A DNA stretch of 64,000 bases, from NCBI GenBank assembly GCA_046300175.1, contig JBKCMS010000065.1, positions 11,270 to 75,269 of the forward strand, read 5' to 3'. This document shows positions 38,643 through 47,615 of this stretch, piece after piece. The DNA comes from Pseudomonadota bacterium (GTDB lineage Bacteria > Bdellovibrionota_C > UBA2361 > OMII01). Position numbers and translations under genes: made by a program. How positions within the stretch are numbered: position 1 is the stretch's first letter; each line of letters opens with the position of its first letter. Below the pieces are notes generated by a model that was given only the letters and a program-made list of their open reading frames with translations, did not search any database and was not told where the DNA came from.

Positions 38643-39889
38643 GAGTTCTGATTGTAGACAAAACAACAGAGGCGCAGGCTCTATGCGCTCGCAAGATAGA
38701 GGCTTTTGCCAAGGCCGACCGGGAGATGCTCGACCTAAAAGTTAGGCTGGTCAATGAGAAGGAGGTTTCGGAGCGTCTTGCAGAAGCTGAAGTCATGATT
38801 ATCGGTGCAGGGTTGGCGTCAGAGGCTATCTCCGTAGCGCGAGCTGCCCGTAAAGATGCGGCATGGCTTCAGATCATCATGTTTGTAAGCGATGACGAAT
38901 ATGGTGGAGGGGCGTTTCGATCGGCTCATTCCGTAGGTGTGCGTAAAGTATTTCCTGACAGTGCCAGCTCCCTCGATCTGCTCCAGGAGTTGGTAGCCAT
39001 TCACACAGATTTTCGTAAAGAGGGACGCACCGTTGAAGGCCGCGTGATTGTGGTGGTACACGGGAAAGGGGGAGTTGGCGCTACTTCTGTAGCGGCGGCT
39101 CTCGGTGAAGTATGCAGCGCAGCAGAGCGTAGAACATTGCTGTGGGATTTAGACGTTGAGACTAAGGACCTTAGTCGCTGCTTGGCTGCTGCAGGACCAG
39201 AGGCAAAGATAATTAGTGGGTGGGTAAATGGTAGTCGGGATATCACCAGGGAGACCTTTAGAGATGCGCTCATTCCGATAGCTAGCGATGTATCCGTTCT
39301 GACAGCACCAGACCGTTTTGCGGAATCAATGGACCTAGTTTGCCACGCAGATGGCATGGAGATAGCCCAAAGAGTAGTGGAATTGGCAAAGGTGCTGTTT
39401 GACGTGGCTATTATTGATACAGCTGGACGTATGGGGCCAGCAGTTGGTGGAATCATTCGCCAGGCTGATATTGTGTTGATCGTTAGTGACGAGTCAGAGC
39501 TTGGAGTTACGGCAACAGATCTGTTACTCACCTCGATTAAGCCTCTTATCGGAGGTTCCGACCGTATACGTTTCTTAATGCGAGCATCGGGCGACGGAAC
39601 AGTAAATTTAAAGGAGATATCAGATGATCTTGATTCAACGCACGAGCTCAGCGACGCATGTTGGAGTCTGCCTTACGTGCCATATGACCCCACCGTATCG
39701 TCCTGGCCAGGTAGTGGACATACCCTGTATAGCGCGGGCAACAAGGAGCTGAATCGAACGTTTACAGAGATCGCCCGAGCACTCGGTCTCCTTGATGGTG
39801 AGGCCAACGGTATAGCTGGGAGTCAGGGAACTGCGGCAAACGCCAGTTCGCAAAGCGGTAGAGGGTGGCTAAGGCGACTCTTTAGTTAA
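38639..39889 (+). CDS. cpaE: CpaE/TadZ-like pilus assembly ATPase (degenerate receiver-like N-domain plus ParA/MinD-like domain)
   Basis: VIVVVHGKGGVGATSVAAALG is a deviant Walker A of the MinD/ParA type. The N-terminus MRVLIVDK is REC-like but lacks the acidic pair. The start overlaps the kinase stop (ATGA). Confidence 0.75.
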   Translation: MRVLIVDKTTEAQALCARKIEAFAKADREMLDLKVRLVNEKEVSERLAEAEVMIIGAGLASEAISVARAARKDAAWLQIIMFVSDDEYGGGAFRSAHSVGVRKVFPDSASSLDLLQELVAIHTDFRKEGRTVEGRVIVVVHGKGGVGATSVAAALGEVCSAAERRTLLWDLDVETKDLSRCLAAAGPEAKIISGWVNGSRDITRETFRDALIPIASDVSVLTAPDRFAESMDLVCHADGMEIAQRVVELAKVLFDVAIIDTAGRMGPAVGGIIRQADIVLIVSDESELGVTATDLLLTSIKPLIGGSDRIRFLMRASGDGTVNLKEISDDLDSTHELSDACWSLPYVPYDPTVSSWPGSGHTLYSAGNKELNRTFTEIARALGLLDGEANGIAGSQGTAANASSQSGRGWLRRLFS

Positions 39890-40031
39890 TAAATAAACCT
39901 TCGTTTGTTTTTGGTGCGTTACGAAAAACCCCTAGTATGTTTTTCGGTTCCAGTGGAGTTTTAGTTGCATCACATACTTTAATGTATTTTCAAAAGCAGG
40001 TTGATGATGCATCTTGGTAGTGAAGGTTGTT

Positions 40032-40048
40032 TAGACGCAGCGCGTCTA
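40032..40048. promoter_or_regulatory. Short inverted repeat upstream of flp (candidate operator)
   Basis: tagacgc-agc-gcgtcta lies ~160 nt upstream of the first flp start, in the 320-bp cpaE-flp spacer. Confidence 0.2.
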
Positions 40049-40208
40049 GGGGACCTCGGTAAATTAACTGTAATAGTAGAAAGGAGTGTGTGTGTCGGCC
40101 CCGGGGAGACGCTCTCACCCTTAGTAGTGTGTGCATGTGAGCATGCGGCGATTTAGCGGCCACAATTATCGCTAATATACGCAGCACGCGATACGCTGTG
40201 CAAACGCT

Positions 40209-40400
40209 GTGAAAATTGGAGAAATTATGAATACTCAGGAAAATAAGCAGGTAGCTGATTCAAATAATGAGCGTGGAGCGTCGATGGTTGAGTACGCGAT
40301 AATGGTGGCACTAATCGCCATTATTGCCATTGCAGCTGTTACAACGCTTGGACGTTCAGTCAGTAACCAGTTCAGCACGACCGCAGCGCAGATCAACTAG
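40209..40400 (+). CDS. flp: Flp-family type IVb prepilin
   Basis: RGASMVEYAIMVALIAIIAIAAV carries the GxxxxEY processing motif followed by a hydrophobic helix. It is ~60 aa. Confidence 0.75.
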   Translation: MKIGEIMNTQENKQVADSNNERGASMVEYAIMVALIAIIAIAAVTTLGRSVSNQFSTTAAQIN

Positions 40401-40547
40401 TGTCTCTTTGATCTGCCGTTTTGCAGATCAAAGGATTTAGCTTGAGTTTGCACGTAGGTGCGGATTTTAAAGCGAATCTTGCCCTGAGGCAGCCTGCTTT
40501 AGGCCAAAATTGCCTAAAGAGGGTGCCTCGGGGCTTGGCCACTTCAT

Positions 40548-40599
40548 GGTTGTATATAATAGTTGTGCATAATGGTTGTGCATAATGGTTGTGCATTTT
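40548..40599. repeat. 13-bp tandem repeat x4 between the two flp genes
   Basis: The units are ggttgtatataat, agttgtgcataat, ggttgtgcataat and ggttgtgcatttt. They lie ~85 nt upstream of the second flp ORF. Confidence 0.75.
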
Positions 40600-40684
40600 G
40601 AAGTGCGCCTGCAGTTCCTGCCACTGTTAAAAAAAGCTAAACGCGGTAATTCGAAAAGGTAAATTTCTAAAGCCTTAGCGTTTT

Positions 40685-40888
40685 TTGTTCGAGATGCACA
40701 GTATGAAAGAATTAGAGCCTAATATGAGTGTTAAATCATGTGATCGGTCGAGCGATCAACGCGGCGCCTCAATGGTTGAATACGCGATAATGGTGGCCTT
40801 GATCGCTATAATCGCTATTTTGGCAGTTAGGACCCTTGGTAGAAGTGTTAGTAATCAGTTCAGCACTACAGCATCTCAACTTAACTAG
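40685..40888 (+). CDS. flp: Flp-family type IVb prepilin (second copy)
   Basis: The mature region ASMVEYAIMVALIAIIAILAVRTLGRSVSNQFSTTASQLN is nearly identical to the first flp gene. The start is uncertain, with several in-frame ATGs. Confidence 0.75.
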   Translation: MFEMHSMKELEPNMSVKSCDRSSDQRGASMVEYAIMVALIAIIAILAVRTLGRSVSNQFSTTASQLN

Positions 40889-40980
40889 GGGGATAGTGCC
40901 AAGGTGTGGTAGCTGGTTAGGCTTCTTAGTCTAAGGGCTCTGTTGCCCAACGGGTGTGGAGTGAGGGCCGGGCGCTTGGT

Positions 40981-41832
40981 ATGCGGAAAAATCAGTCCCG
41001 GAATGCAGTAATACTGGTCGTCTTAGCGGCAGCTCTGGTAGCTATAGGGGGTGCTGCATGGTTTCTTTTAGTTAAGAATGAATCTGGCCCTCCCCTGAAT
41101 CACCCACCACAGCCGAGTGCCGCCCTTCCTGTCACTTTAGACGTGCTGGTGGCGATTCAGAACATAGAAGAGGGGGTGGAATTAAAGGCGGCGCTCTTCC
41201 GCAAAGAGAATCGGAGTGCGTCTGACTTTGCCTCACTAGGGGTAGTGGGAGATTTCGATCAGATAGCAGGAGCCTACTCAAAATCTTTTATTCCAGCCGG
41301 TCAACCTCTTTTAGCTGACCACTTGACCTTTCGCGCCCCGGTCAACAGTGTCGTTCCCCAAATTCGCGTTGGATACCGTGCAATAACTATTAAACTCGAC
41401 AAGCAAGCTACCAATGAGGGTTGGGCCAGAGCTGGAGTGCGGGTTGATGTGCTTTGGGCTTGGAAGCAAGGTACGGTAAGCCAGGCCAGTGTTATAGCTC
41501 AGAACGTGAGGGTGCTCTCAAGCGGTACCAGTGTTTCTTCCGAGTTCGGCGGGGAATCAAAGATAATTCAGAACGGCGAGTCTACGGTTACTCTGGAGGT
41601 GTCAACTGAGGATCAGAAGCGGCTAAAATTAGCATCCGGCAAAGGAGAATTGCGACTTCTTCTCAGGGGTGACGAAGATACTGCTGAGTTACCGGATGGC
41701 GCAATACTGACAGTCGAGCAGATTATGGGGCCTCAAGGCGAGCCCAATAAAGCTGGTCCCCCGGACCAGGGATGGGTTGTAATCGACGGCAAAAAGTACC
41801 GTGTAGTAGGCAATACACTAATTCCTGGATAG
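40981..41832 (+). CDS. cpaB: CpaB/RcpC-family Flp pilus assembly protein
   Basis: An N-terminal TM helix is followed by a SAF/RcpC-like beta-rich domain. It sits between flp and cpaF in the locus. Confidence 0.6.
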   Translation: MRKNQSRNAVILVVLAAALVAIGGAAWFLLVKNESGPPLNHPPQPSAALPVTLDVLVAIQNIEEGVELKAALFRKENRSASDFASLGVVGDFDQIAGAYSKSFIPAGQPLLADHLTFRAPVNSVVPQIRVGYRAITIKLDKQATNEGWARAGVRVDVLWAWKQGTVSQASVIAQNVRVLSSGTSVSSEFGGESKIIQNGESTVTLEVSTEDQKRLKLASGKGELRLLLRGDEDTAELPDGAILTVEQIMGPQGEPNKAGPPDQGWVVIDGKKYRVVGNTLIPG

Positions 41833-41941
41833 CTGCTTCTTCTAGCCTCCATAGCACCCCAACTATCTCACTGCTGCATCTTAAACAGGCCTTATCTCAC
41901 GGTGCGAAAGTGCCGATATCGTCATCCAACATTAATGAGGA

Positions 41942-43501
41942 GTGAGATCGGCTGGCGCTGGTCAACCCTCGTTTGCAACCGTAAAACTGGGTGATCCACG
42001 GGATAAAAGACTTATGACAGGACGTGAGCGCAGAGATACTACCAGCATTCAGGGGATGTTCTCTACCCGTGCCCAACCTGCGCGCCCCGGTGCCGCCTCG
42101 GATGCTAAACCAGCAGCCGAATCGGCCAACCCGAGACCGTCGCAGTCTTTAGCGATGAGCGCTGAGGAAGTGGCTAAGCAGTCCTCCATGCAACGGACAA
42201 ATCGTGGCTCAACGAGTCGAACAATGGAGGTATCAGCGGCAGCTGTAACTGTAATGCAAGAAGCTCGTAGAGAGCTCGGGAGCGATAGCGCCATGCAGCA
42301 ACAGCTTGCGACACCTGGTAAAGCTGAAGCTGTTATTAGTCAGGCAGTGGATCGTGTGCTTAAAAAACGTGGCGAGAGCCTCGATGATATCGAGCGCGCG
42401 AATGTAATCCTCACACTACAAAAGGACCTAGTGGGGTGGGGAGTGCTACAGCCCTTGGTCGACAATCGTGAAGTAACAGATATTCATGTGTATGACTACA
42501 AGACAGTGGTATTACAGCGAGGAAAGGTGAGTGAAACAACCGGCCTTTCTTGGCCGTCTCACCAAGCGTATGTCACCTTTCTCGATCGTTTATTACTAAG
42601 GCTCGGCAAATCCCTGACAACCCAGCAGCACACAGTCGATGCGTCTTTCTCAAACGGCATACGCCTGTGCGCCGTTCATGAAAGCGTTTGCGGGCAGAGA
42701 GGGCCGCTGCTGTGTATTCGCGTGCCGCGAATTTCCGAGGTGTCCCTCGATAACTTGGTAAAATTTCAGGTGGCACCACCCTTGATTGTTCAATACCTCG
42801 CCAGCCTAACCCGCAGCGGATTAGCCACTATGATGGTGGCAGGAGAAACAGGGACGGGCAAGACAACGCTGATTAAGTGCTTAGCTACCCAGTTTGGCCC
42901 TGATGAATCAATCGTTGCTGTAGAGGATACCCCAGAGCTTAATTTTCAGCATCCGTACTTCCGCTCACTCGTCTCACGCCCGCCCAACTCAGAGGGTGTG
43001 GGGGAAGTAACCCTCCAGGAACACATTAAGACAACGCTGCGAATGACCCCAACTCGGGTATTGTTAGGAGAGATGCGTAGCCCCTTTTCAGCAGAGGCGT
43101 TTTTGGAGAGTGCTCAGACAGGGCACGTTGGTATGTCAACTGTGCACGCGAGAAATGCGCGCGAAACTCTGGTTCGGCTCGAGAGCTTGTTGGGCCGGGC
43201 ACAGAAATCAGTCGCAATAGATATTATTCGGCAACAGATCGCTCTTGCCGTCGACTCCGTTGTCTGGCTAATACGTGAAAAAGCCACGGGTCGCCCCAGG
43301 ATCGCAGAAGTAATTGAGGTTGGTCATTACGTTGAAGGGCAGATTCAGGTGCGGCCAATGTTCACTCTCATTAAACAGGGAGTAAGACCGGTTTGGAGAG
43401 TGGATTCGTGGGCCAGCAATTTTGCCGAGCAGCTCAAAAAAGACGGGGTGAGTCTGGGTGATTCGACGCAGGAGCTCACTCTACCGGAGACGAATAAGTA
43501 G
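41942..43501 (+). CDS. cpaF: CpaF/TadA secretion ATPase (type II/IV secretion NTPase family) with a ~100-aa disordered S/T/R/Q-rich N-terminus
   Basis: Walker A is MVAGETGTGKTTL. The Asp box and Walker B lie in ESIVAVEDTPEL. The His box is GHVGMSTVHA. The true start may be an internal ATG. Confidence 0.85.
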   Translation: MRSAGAGQPSFATVKLGDPRDKRLMTGRERRDTTSIQGMFSTRAQPARPGAASDAKPAAESANPRPSQSLAMSAEEVAKQSSMQRTNRGSTSRTMEVSAAAVTVMQEARRELGSDSAMQQQLATPGKAEAVISQAVDRVLKKRGESLDDIERANVILTLQKDLVGWGVLQPLVDNREVTDIHVYDYKTVVLQRGKVSETTGLSWPSHQAYVTFLDRLLLRLGKSLTTQQHTVDASFSNGIRLCAVHESVCGQRGPLLCIRVPRISEVSLDNLVKFQVAPPLIVQYLASLTRSGLATMMVAGETGTGKTTLIKCLATQFGPDESIVAVEDTPELNFQHPYFRSLVSRPPNSEGVGEVTLQEHIKTTLRMTPTRVLLGEMRSPFSAEAFLESAQTGHVGMSTVHARNARETLVRLESLLGRAQKSVAIDIIRQQIALAVDSVVWLIREKATGRPRIAEVIEVGHYVEGQIQVRPMFTLIKQGVRPVWRVDSWASNFAEQLKKDGVSLGDSTQELTLPETNK

Positions 43502-43515
43502 GTGTAGGTCGGGTC

Positions 43516-44517
43516 ATGGATCAGCAAACAACTGTCCTGATAATAATCGGTTGTGCAGTCTTTGTTCTGGCGACGATGATCGCTATGGAGATACTACGCG
43601 CGAAACCGGCATCTGGAAGGGGACGCAGAAATTCATTAAGAGGCCAGCTAGAGGATTACAGGCAGGATGTTTCGTTTGCTCAAGAGTCGAACAGTGCCGA
43701 TGCTTTCGCAGGTCGTGCTGATGATCAGGATTCGCCATCCGAGGTAGAGGGACCGCGGGAGAAAAAGCAGGGGCAGACGCTTCGGGCGCGACTTAGGTAT
43801 GCCAATTTGGCGTGGATGCCACCACTCGTCATAACTCTGCTGCAAATGCTTATTAGTTTGGGGCTTTTTGCAGTCGCATACGTTTATCTCAGGCTGCCGC
43901 TTCAGATTGTTGCCGCCGCTCTTGGTCCACTAATAGTGAATGCGTGGATCAATATGCGCATCACTAAGCGCGTCAGAAAGTTTGATGCCGATTTTGCTCC
44001 ATTTCTGCTTTCAGTAGTTGGTATGTTGAAGACTGGACTGAACCCGATGCAGGCATTGGAGGCTGCCGCCGAGAGCCTCGACGAAGAATCCTTAGTAAGA
44101 CAAGAAGTAGAGTTGATGCTTGAGCGCGTGCGCATGGGAGTGCCGGAGGACCGCTCAATAGGTTCATTCGGCGAGGACTTTGACCAGCCAGAGATAGAAC
44201 TATTTGTACAAGCGTTACTTCTGAGTCGAAGAGTAGGGGGTACGCTCTCTGATACACTTGATCGTTTGTCAAAGCAGGTGCGCAAGCGTCAGACCTTCAA
44301 GATGGCAGCAACGGGTGCAGTTTCGATGCAGCGGGGGTCAATCTATGCAATTATTGCAGTCATCGGAGCCGTGCAGGTTTATATGTATTTCATGGCTCCA
44401 GTCATGGTGGTTGGTGCTTGGACAAATCCGAAATTAACGGGATGGGCGCAGGGGGCCGTAGTAATTATATTTATTGCCATTTTAACCGTAAACAAGCTCA
44501 CAAAAATTAAGATATAG
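43516..44517 (+). CDS. tadB: TadB-like pilus assembly membrane protein (GspF-like family)
   Basis: It has an N-terminal TM helix and the TadB/TadC architecture. The T2SS-F-like segment GLNPMQALEAAAESL is present. Confidence 0.7.
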   Translation: MDQQTTVLIIIGCAVFVLATMIAMEILRAKPASGRGRRNSLRGQLEDYRQDVSFAQESNSADAFAGRADDQDSPSEVEGPREKKQGQTLRARLRYANLAWMPPLVITLLQMLISLGLFAVAYVYLRLPLQIVAAALGPLIVNAWINMRITKRVRKFDADFAPFLLSVVGMLKTGLNPMQALEAAAESLDEESLVRQEVELMLERVRMGVPEDRSIGSFGEDFDQPEIELFVQALLLSRRVGGTLSDTLDRLSKQVRKRQTFKMAATGAVSMQRGSIYAIIAVIGAVQVYMYFMAPVMVVGAWTNPKLTGWAQGAVVIIFIAILTVNKLTKIKI

Positions 44518-44531
44518 GTTCGATTTAATCC

Positions 44532-45455
44532 ATGAATGCATCGGGAACGATAGTGCTAATGATAGTTGCGACTCTGGTGGGTCTAGCAGCCATTATTGCA
44601 GCTCGCGTGGTTCGCGAGTCACGTCGTGAGAAGGAGCGATACTCAACGCTGCGTCGGGTCGGTCGCTATGAGAATGTAGTTGAGGCTGAGGCTAGAGAGG
44701 CTGCCGAGGCCCATCAGAACGTAGTGGCAGCGGCTAAGAAGAAAAAGAAGAGGAAGAGAAAGGAGCCTACAGTCGACGAGCTGCTCTTCATGGCCGGCAG
44801 ATTATCGAAATCAGAGCGAGATGCGTTTCAAAAAAAGCGTATCCTGGCGCCGATTATTTACGGTGCTGCAGGTCTTGCTCTCGGCCTGCTAGATGGTACG
44901 TCTGCCAACATGCTTTTATTTTCTGGTGGTGGCGTTTTGGCCGGCTTGATGTTGCCAATGAAGAAATTACGTGGATGGGTCAAGCAGCAGCACGAAGAAC
45001 TCTCCTACTATCTACCTTTAATGATCGAGCAGATATCAATCGGAGTGAGTAGCTCTCTTGATATTGGTCCATGTATTTCTCAGTTAGTGGAAATGGCGGA
45101 CGAACGGAATAGCCATAACGCCACTATAGATCTTTTGAAATATGCGCTTTCATTGGTTAAATCGGGGTCGAGTCTCGATGAAGCTTTGATTGAAATCGGT
45201 CGGGCATCAGGCCAGCATGATTTTAACCAGGCGTTAATTTCACTAGCTCAAGTTACTAAGTTCGGAGGTGAAGTATCGAGGCAGCTTCAGGAGCTAGCGG
45301 ACACGATATCCAGCCAGAGGGACGCAAAGATCGAAGCGACTATACGACAACTGGAGTTAAAGGCGACCGGGCCTGTATCTCTGGTGTTCTTGGCATTTGT
45401 AGCGCTACTGGGGCTTGGAATAGCAGCCCAGATAATGACGGGAGGCGAAAGCTAG
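44532..45455 (+). CDS. tadC: TadC-like pilus assembly membrane protein
   Basis: It is a paralogous GspF-like membrane protein following tadB, with the similar segment SGSSLDEALIEIG. Confidence 0.65.
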   Translation: MNASGTIVLMIVATLVGLAAIIAARVVRESRREKERYSTLRRVGRYENVVEAEAREAAEAHQNVVAAAKKKKKRKRKEPTVDELLFMAGRLSKSERDAFQKKRILAPIIYGAAGLALGLLDGTSANMLLFSGGGVLAGLMLPMKKLRGWVKQQHEELSYYLPLMIEQISIGVSSSLDIGPCISQLVEMADERNSHNATIDLLKYALSLVKSGSSLDEALIEIGRASGQHDFNQALISLAQVTKFGGEVSRQLQELADTISSQRDAKIEATIRQLELKATGPVSLVFLAFVALLGLGIAAQIMTGGES

Positions 45456-45484
45456 ATGGATAACAAGGGTGATGGAGTAGTCCA

Positions 45485-47581
45485 ATGCAAGCATCAATGA
45501 AGATAAGTTTAGCCGACATAGTGTTGATGTTTTTGGTGATAGCTATCGCCGCGATGTTAATCGTGCCGTTGCCTACCCCTGTTTTAGACGTTCTGCTCGT
45601 CTTAAATCTCTCTCTCTCGATACTGCTCCTTCTTGTTGGTCTGTATGTTGGCAGCTCATCAGCCCTTTTCACATTCCCATCAATCCTGCTTCTCAGCACG
45701 CTCTTTCGCCTTGGCCTTAACGTTGCCTCAGCGAGGCTAATACTGAGTCAGGGAGAGGCGGGTAGAGTTATTGAGGCATTTGGTACTTTTCTGATCCGCG
45801 GAGAGATAGTAGTTGGATTGATTATCTTTGCCATAGTCACTGTGGTGAATTTCATCGTTATTTCCAACGGCGCAGCCAGAGTCTCAGAAGTGGCTGCACG
45901 TTTTGCTCTGGATGCATTACCTGGGCGACAGGTGATGATCGACAATGACGCTCGGTCGGGAGTTATATCGGCAGATGAAGCAAGTCGAAAGCGTGATGAA
46001 TTAAGGCGTGAGTCGCAACTGTATGGCTCCATGGATGGAGCTATGAACTTTGTTAAGGGAGATGCGATAGCTGGCATTCTGATTATCCTCACCAATATAT
46101 TCGGCGGTATCTACATGGGAATGTCATCCGGATTGGGACTCTCTGACGCCATTCAGACCTACACGGTCCTCACCGTTGGAGATGGTCTTGTTACCCAGAT
46201 TCCAAGCCTTCTGACATCTATTTGTGCTGGTATAATAGTGACTCGTGTTTCAACATCTGAGCGTTCGAGTTTGAGCGCAGATTTACACACCCAGCTTTTT
46301 AGCCAGCCGATAACTCTCTTGGCTACCGCCGGTGTGCTGATCATCATATCGTTAATGCCAGGCATCCCGATGCTACCTTTTCTGCTGGCGGCTGCCGGCT
46401 TAATTGCGATCGGAATAGTTGGCCGGAAAAAAAGTCATACTCGATTAACAATGCAGGCAGAGGCACCCGGCGACAGTGGAGACGGACTCACGGCGACTGG
46501 CGAGGGAGATGCGGCGGATTCGACGTTAGTGCTGGCCTTGGATAAGACATCACTATTTCGCGTATATCGTGCCCGAGCTGTTGATTACTCGGCCTCTTGG
46601 CGTCGCTTCCGTGAAGTATTCTTTGAGGATACGGGGATCCAATTACCTCTTTTACGCGTAGTTGCCGATGATCTACTACCGCCTGGAGCGTATGTAGTAC
46701 GCCACATGGGGGTTGAAATGCTCTCAGGAACTGTTCCAGATGATGCGATTCTTGCTGAGATATCGAGCACCCAAGCTGCGGTGCTCGGATTTAGATCTCT
46801 AAGAGAGGAGGAACATCCCTGTTCAGGGCATCGCTTATTCTGGACACCACGCACTTCTCGTTCACTTGAAATGCTACAGGCGGCTCGAGTTCGGTACTAC
46901 GATTTTCTGGAATTCATAGCACTGAGAATAGCTCAGGTCACCCGGGAGCATCCTGAGGAGGTCGTATCGGTAACGTATGTGCACTCGCTGCTGCGCCAGA
47001 TTGAGAAGAAGCACCCGGGATTAGTCGCTGAAGGATTCAGACGGGAATTTGTCTCAGTACCCAAGCTGGCCGAGATCGTTCAGGAATTGATTCGTCAAGG
47101 AGTTAGTATACGTGACTTCCGCTCGATCATGGAGTGTGTCGCAGCCTACTGTGCATCTTCTGGGGTTGCTGACAACTCTGAATCGCCGGTTGATCTGGCA
47201 GAAGTAGTACACTTTGTGCGAGCGTCTCGCCGCCGGCAGATAGTTAGGCGATTTGTTGGCAGTGTTAATTCTCTGCCGGTTTTGACCCTCTCACCGGATG
47301 TGGAGCAGAATTTTGAGGAGGCGTCAGCCGATCGTTGGACGACTTCACTTGCGATGGCACCAGAGCTCTATGATACACTTCTTCGAGGGCTGTATTCTGT
47401 TGTGCGACCAACGCTAGCAGCAGGGTGCCTTCCAGTGGCGTTACTTTGTAGCCGAGACATCAAGGAGAAAGTGATCGCTTTTGTGCGCATGAGTGGCTTG
47501 CGTGTATTCGTTACTACTCTCGATGAGATCGATCCGGCTTTTCCGGTCATGCAGATCGGGGTCTGGGATGCGAAGGTTTAG
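45485..47581 (+). CDS. FHIPEP-family export-gate protein (FlhA/SctV homologue), an orphan within the window
   Basis: The N-terminal TM region contains FPSILLLSTLFRLGLNVASARLIL. The segment RVSEVAARFALDALPGRQVMIDNDARSG matches the FHIPEP signature (R-x-[SA]-E-V-[GA]-A-R-F-[TS]-L-D-[GA]-[ML]-P-G-K-Q-M-x-I-D-x-D). GAMNFVKGDAIAGILI is also present. It is 698 aa, typical of FlhA. Confidence 0.8.
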   Translation: MQASMKISLADIVLMFLVIAIAAMLIVPLPTPVLDVLLVLNLSLSILLLLVGLYVGSSSALFTFPSILLLSTLFRLGLNVASARLILSQGEAGRVIEAFGTFLIRGEIVVGLIIFAIVTVVNFIVISNGAARVSEVAARFALDALPGRQVMIDNDARSGVISADEASRKRDELRRESQLYGSMDGAMNFVKGDAIAGILIILTNIFGGIYMGMSSGLGLSDAIQTYTVLTVGDGLVTQIPSLLTSICAGIIVTRVSTSERSSLSADLHTQLFSQPITLLATAGVLIIISLMPGIPMLPFLLAAAGLIAIGIVGRKKSHTRLTMQAEAPGDSGDGLTATGEGDAADSTLVLALDKTSLFRVYRARAVDYSASWRRFREVFFEDTGIQLPLLRVVADDLLPPGAYVVRHMGVEMLSGTVPDDAILAEISSTQAAVLGFRSLREEEHPCSGHRLFWTPRTSRSLEMLQAARVRYYDFLEFIALRIAQVTREHPEEVVSVTYVHSLLRQIEKKHPGLVAEGFRREFVSVPKLAEIVQELIRQGVSIRDFRSIMECVAAYCASSGVADNSESPVDLAEVVHFVRASRRRQIVRRFVGSVNSLPVLTLSPDVEQNFEEASADRWTTSLAMAPELYDTLLRGLYSVVRPTLAAGCLPVALLCSRDIKEKVIAFVRMSGLRVFVTTLDEIDPAFPVMQIGVWDAKV

Positions 47582-47615
47582 CATATAGTATGTTACGGGC
47601 GACAGCGGGTACTGT

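Noticed and set aside
38639-39889. CpaE N-terminal domain as a functional response-regulator receiver
   Set aside because: The acidic pocket is degenerate (MRVLIVDK instead of DD). It is therefore treated as a receiver-like fold, as in TadZ/CpaE, not a phospho-accepting REC.
40393-40596. 67-aa minus-strand ORF between the two flp genes
   Set aside because: It covers the 13-bp tandem repeat array and the flp1 3' end. A repeat-driven ORF with no supporting features.
45485-47581. Interpretation of the FHIPEP gene as evidence for a flagellar operon
   Set aside because: No FlhB, FliPQR, FliI, hook or motor genes are adjacent. A single FlhA-family gene does not establish a flagellar or injectisome locus, so it is reported as an orphan homologue instead.
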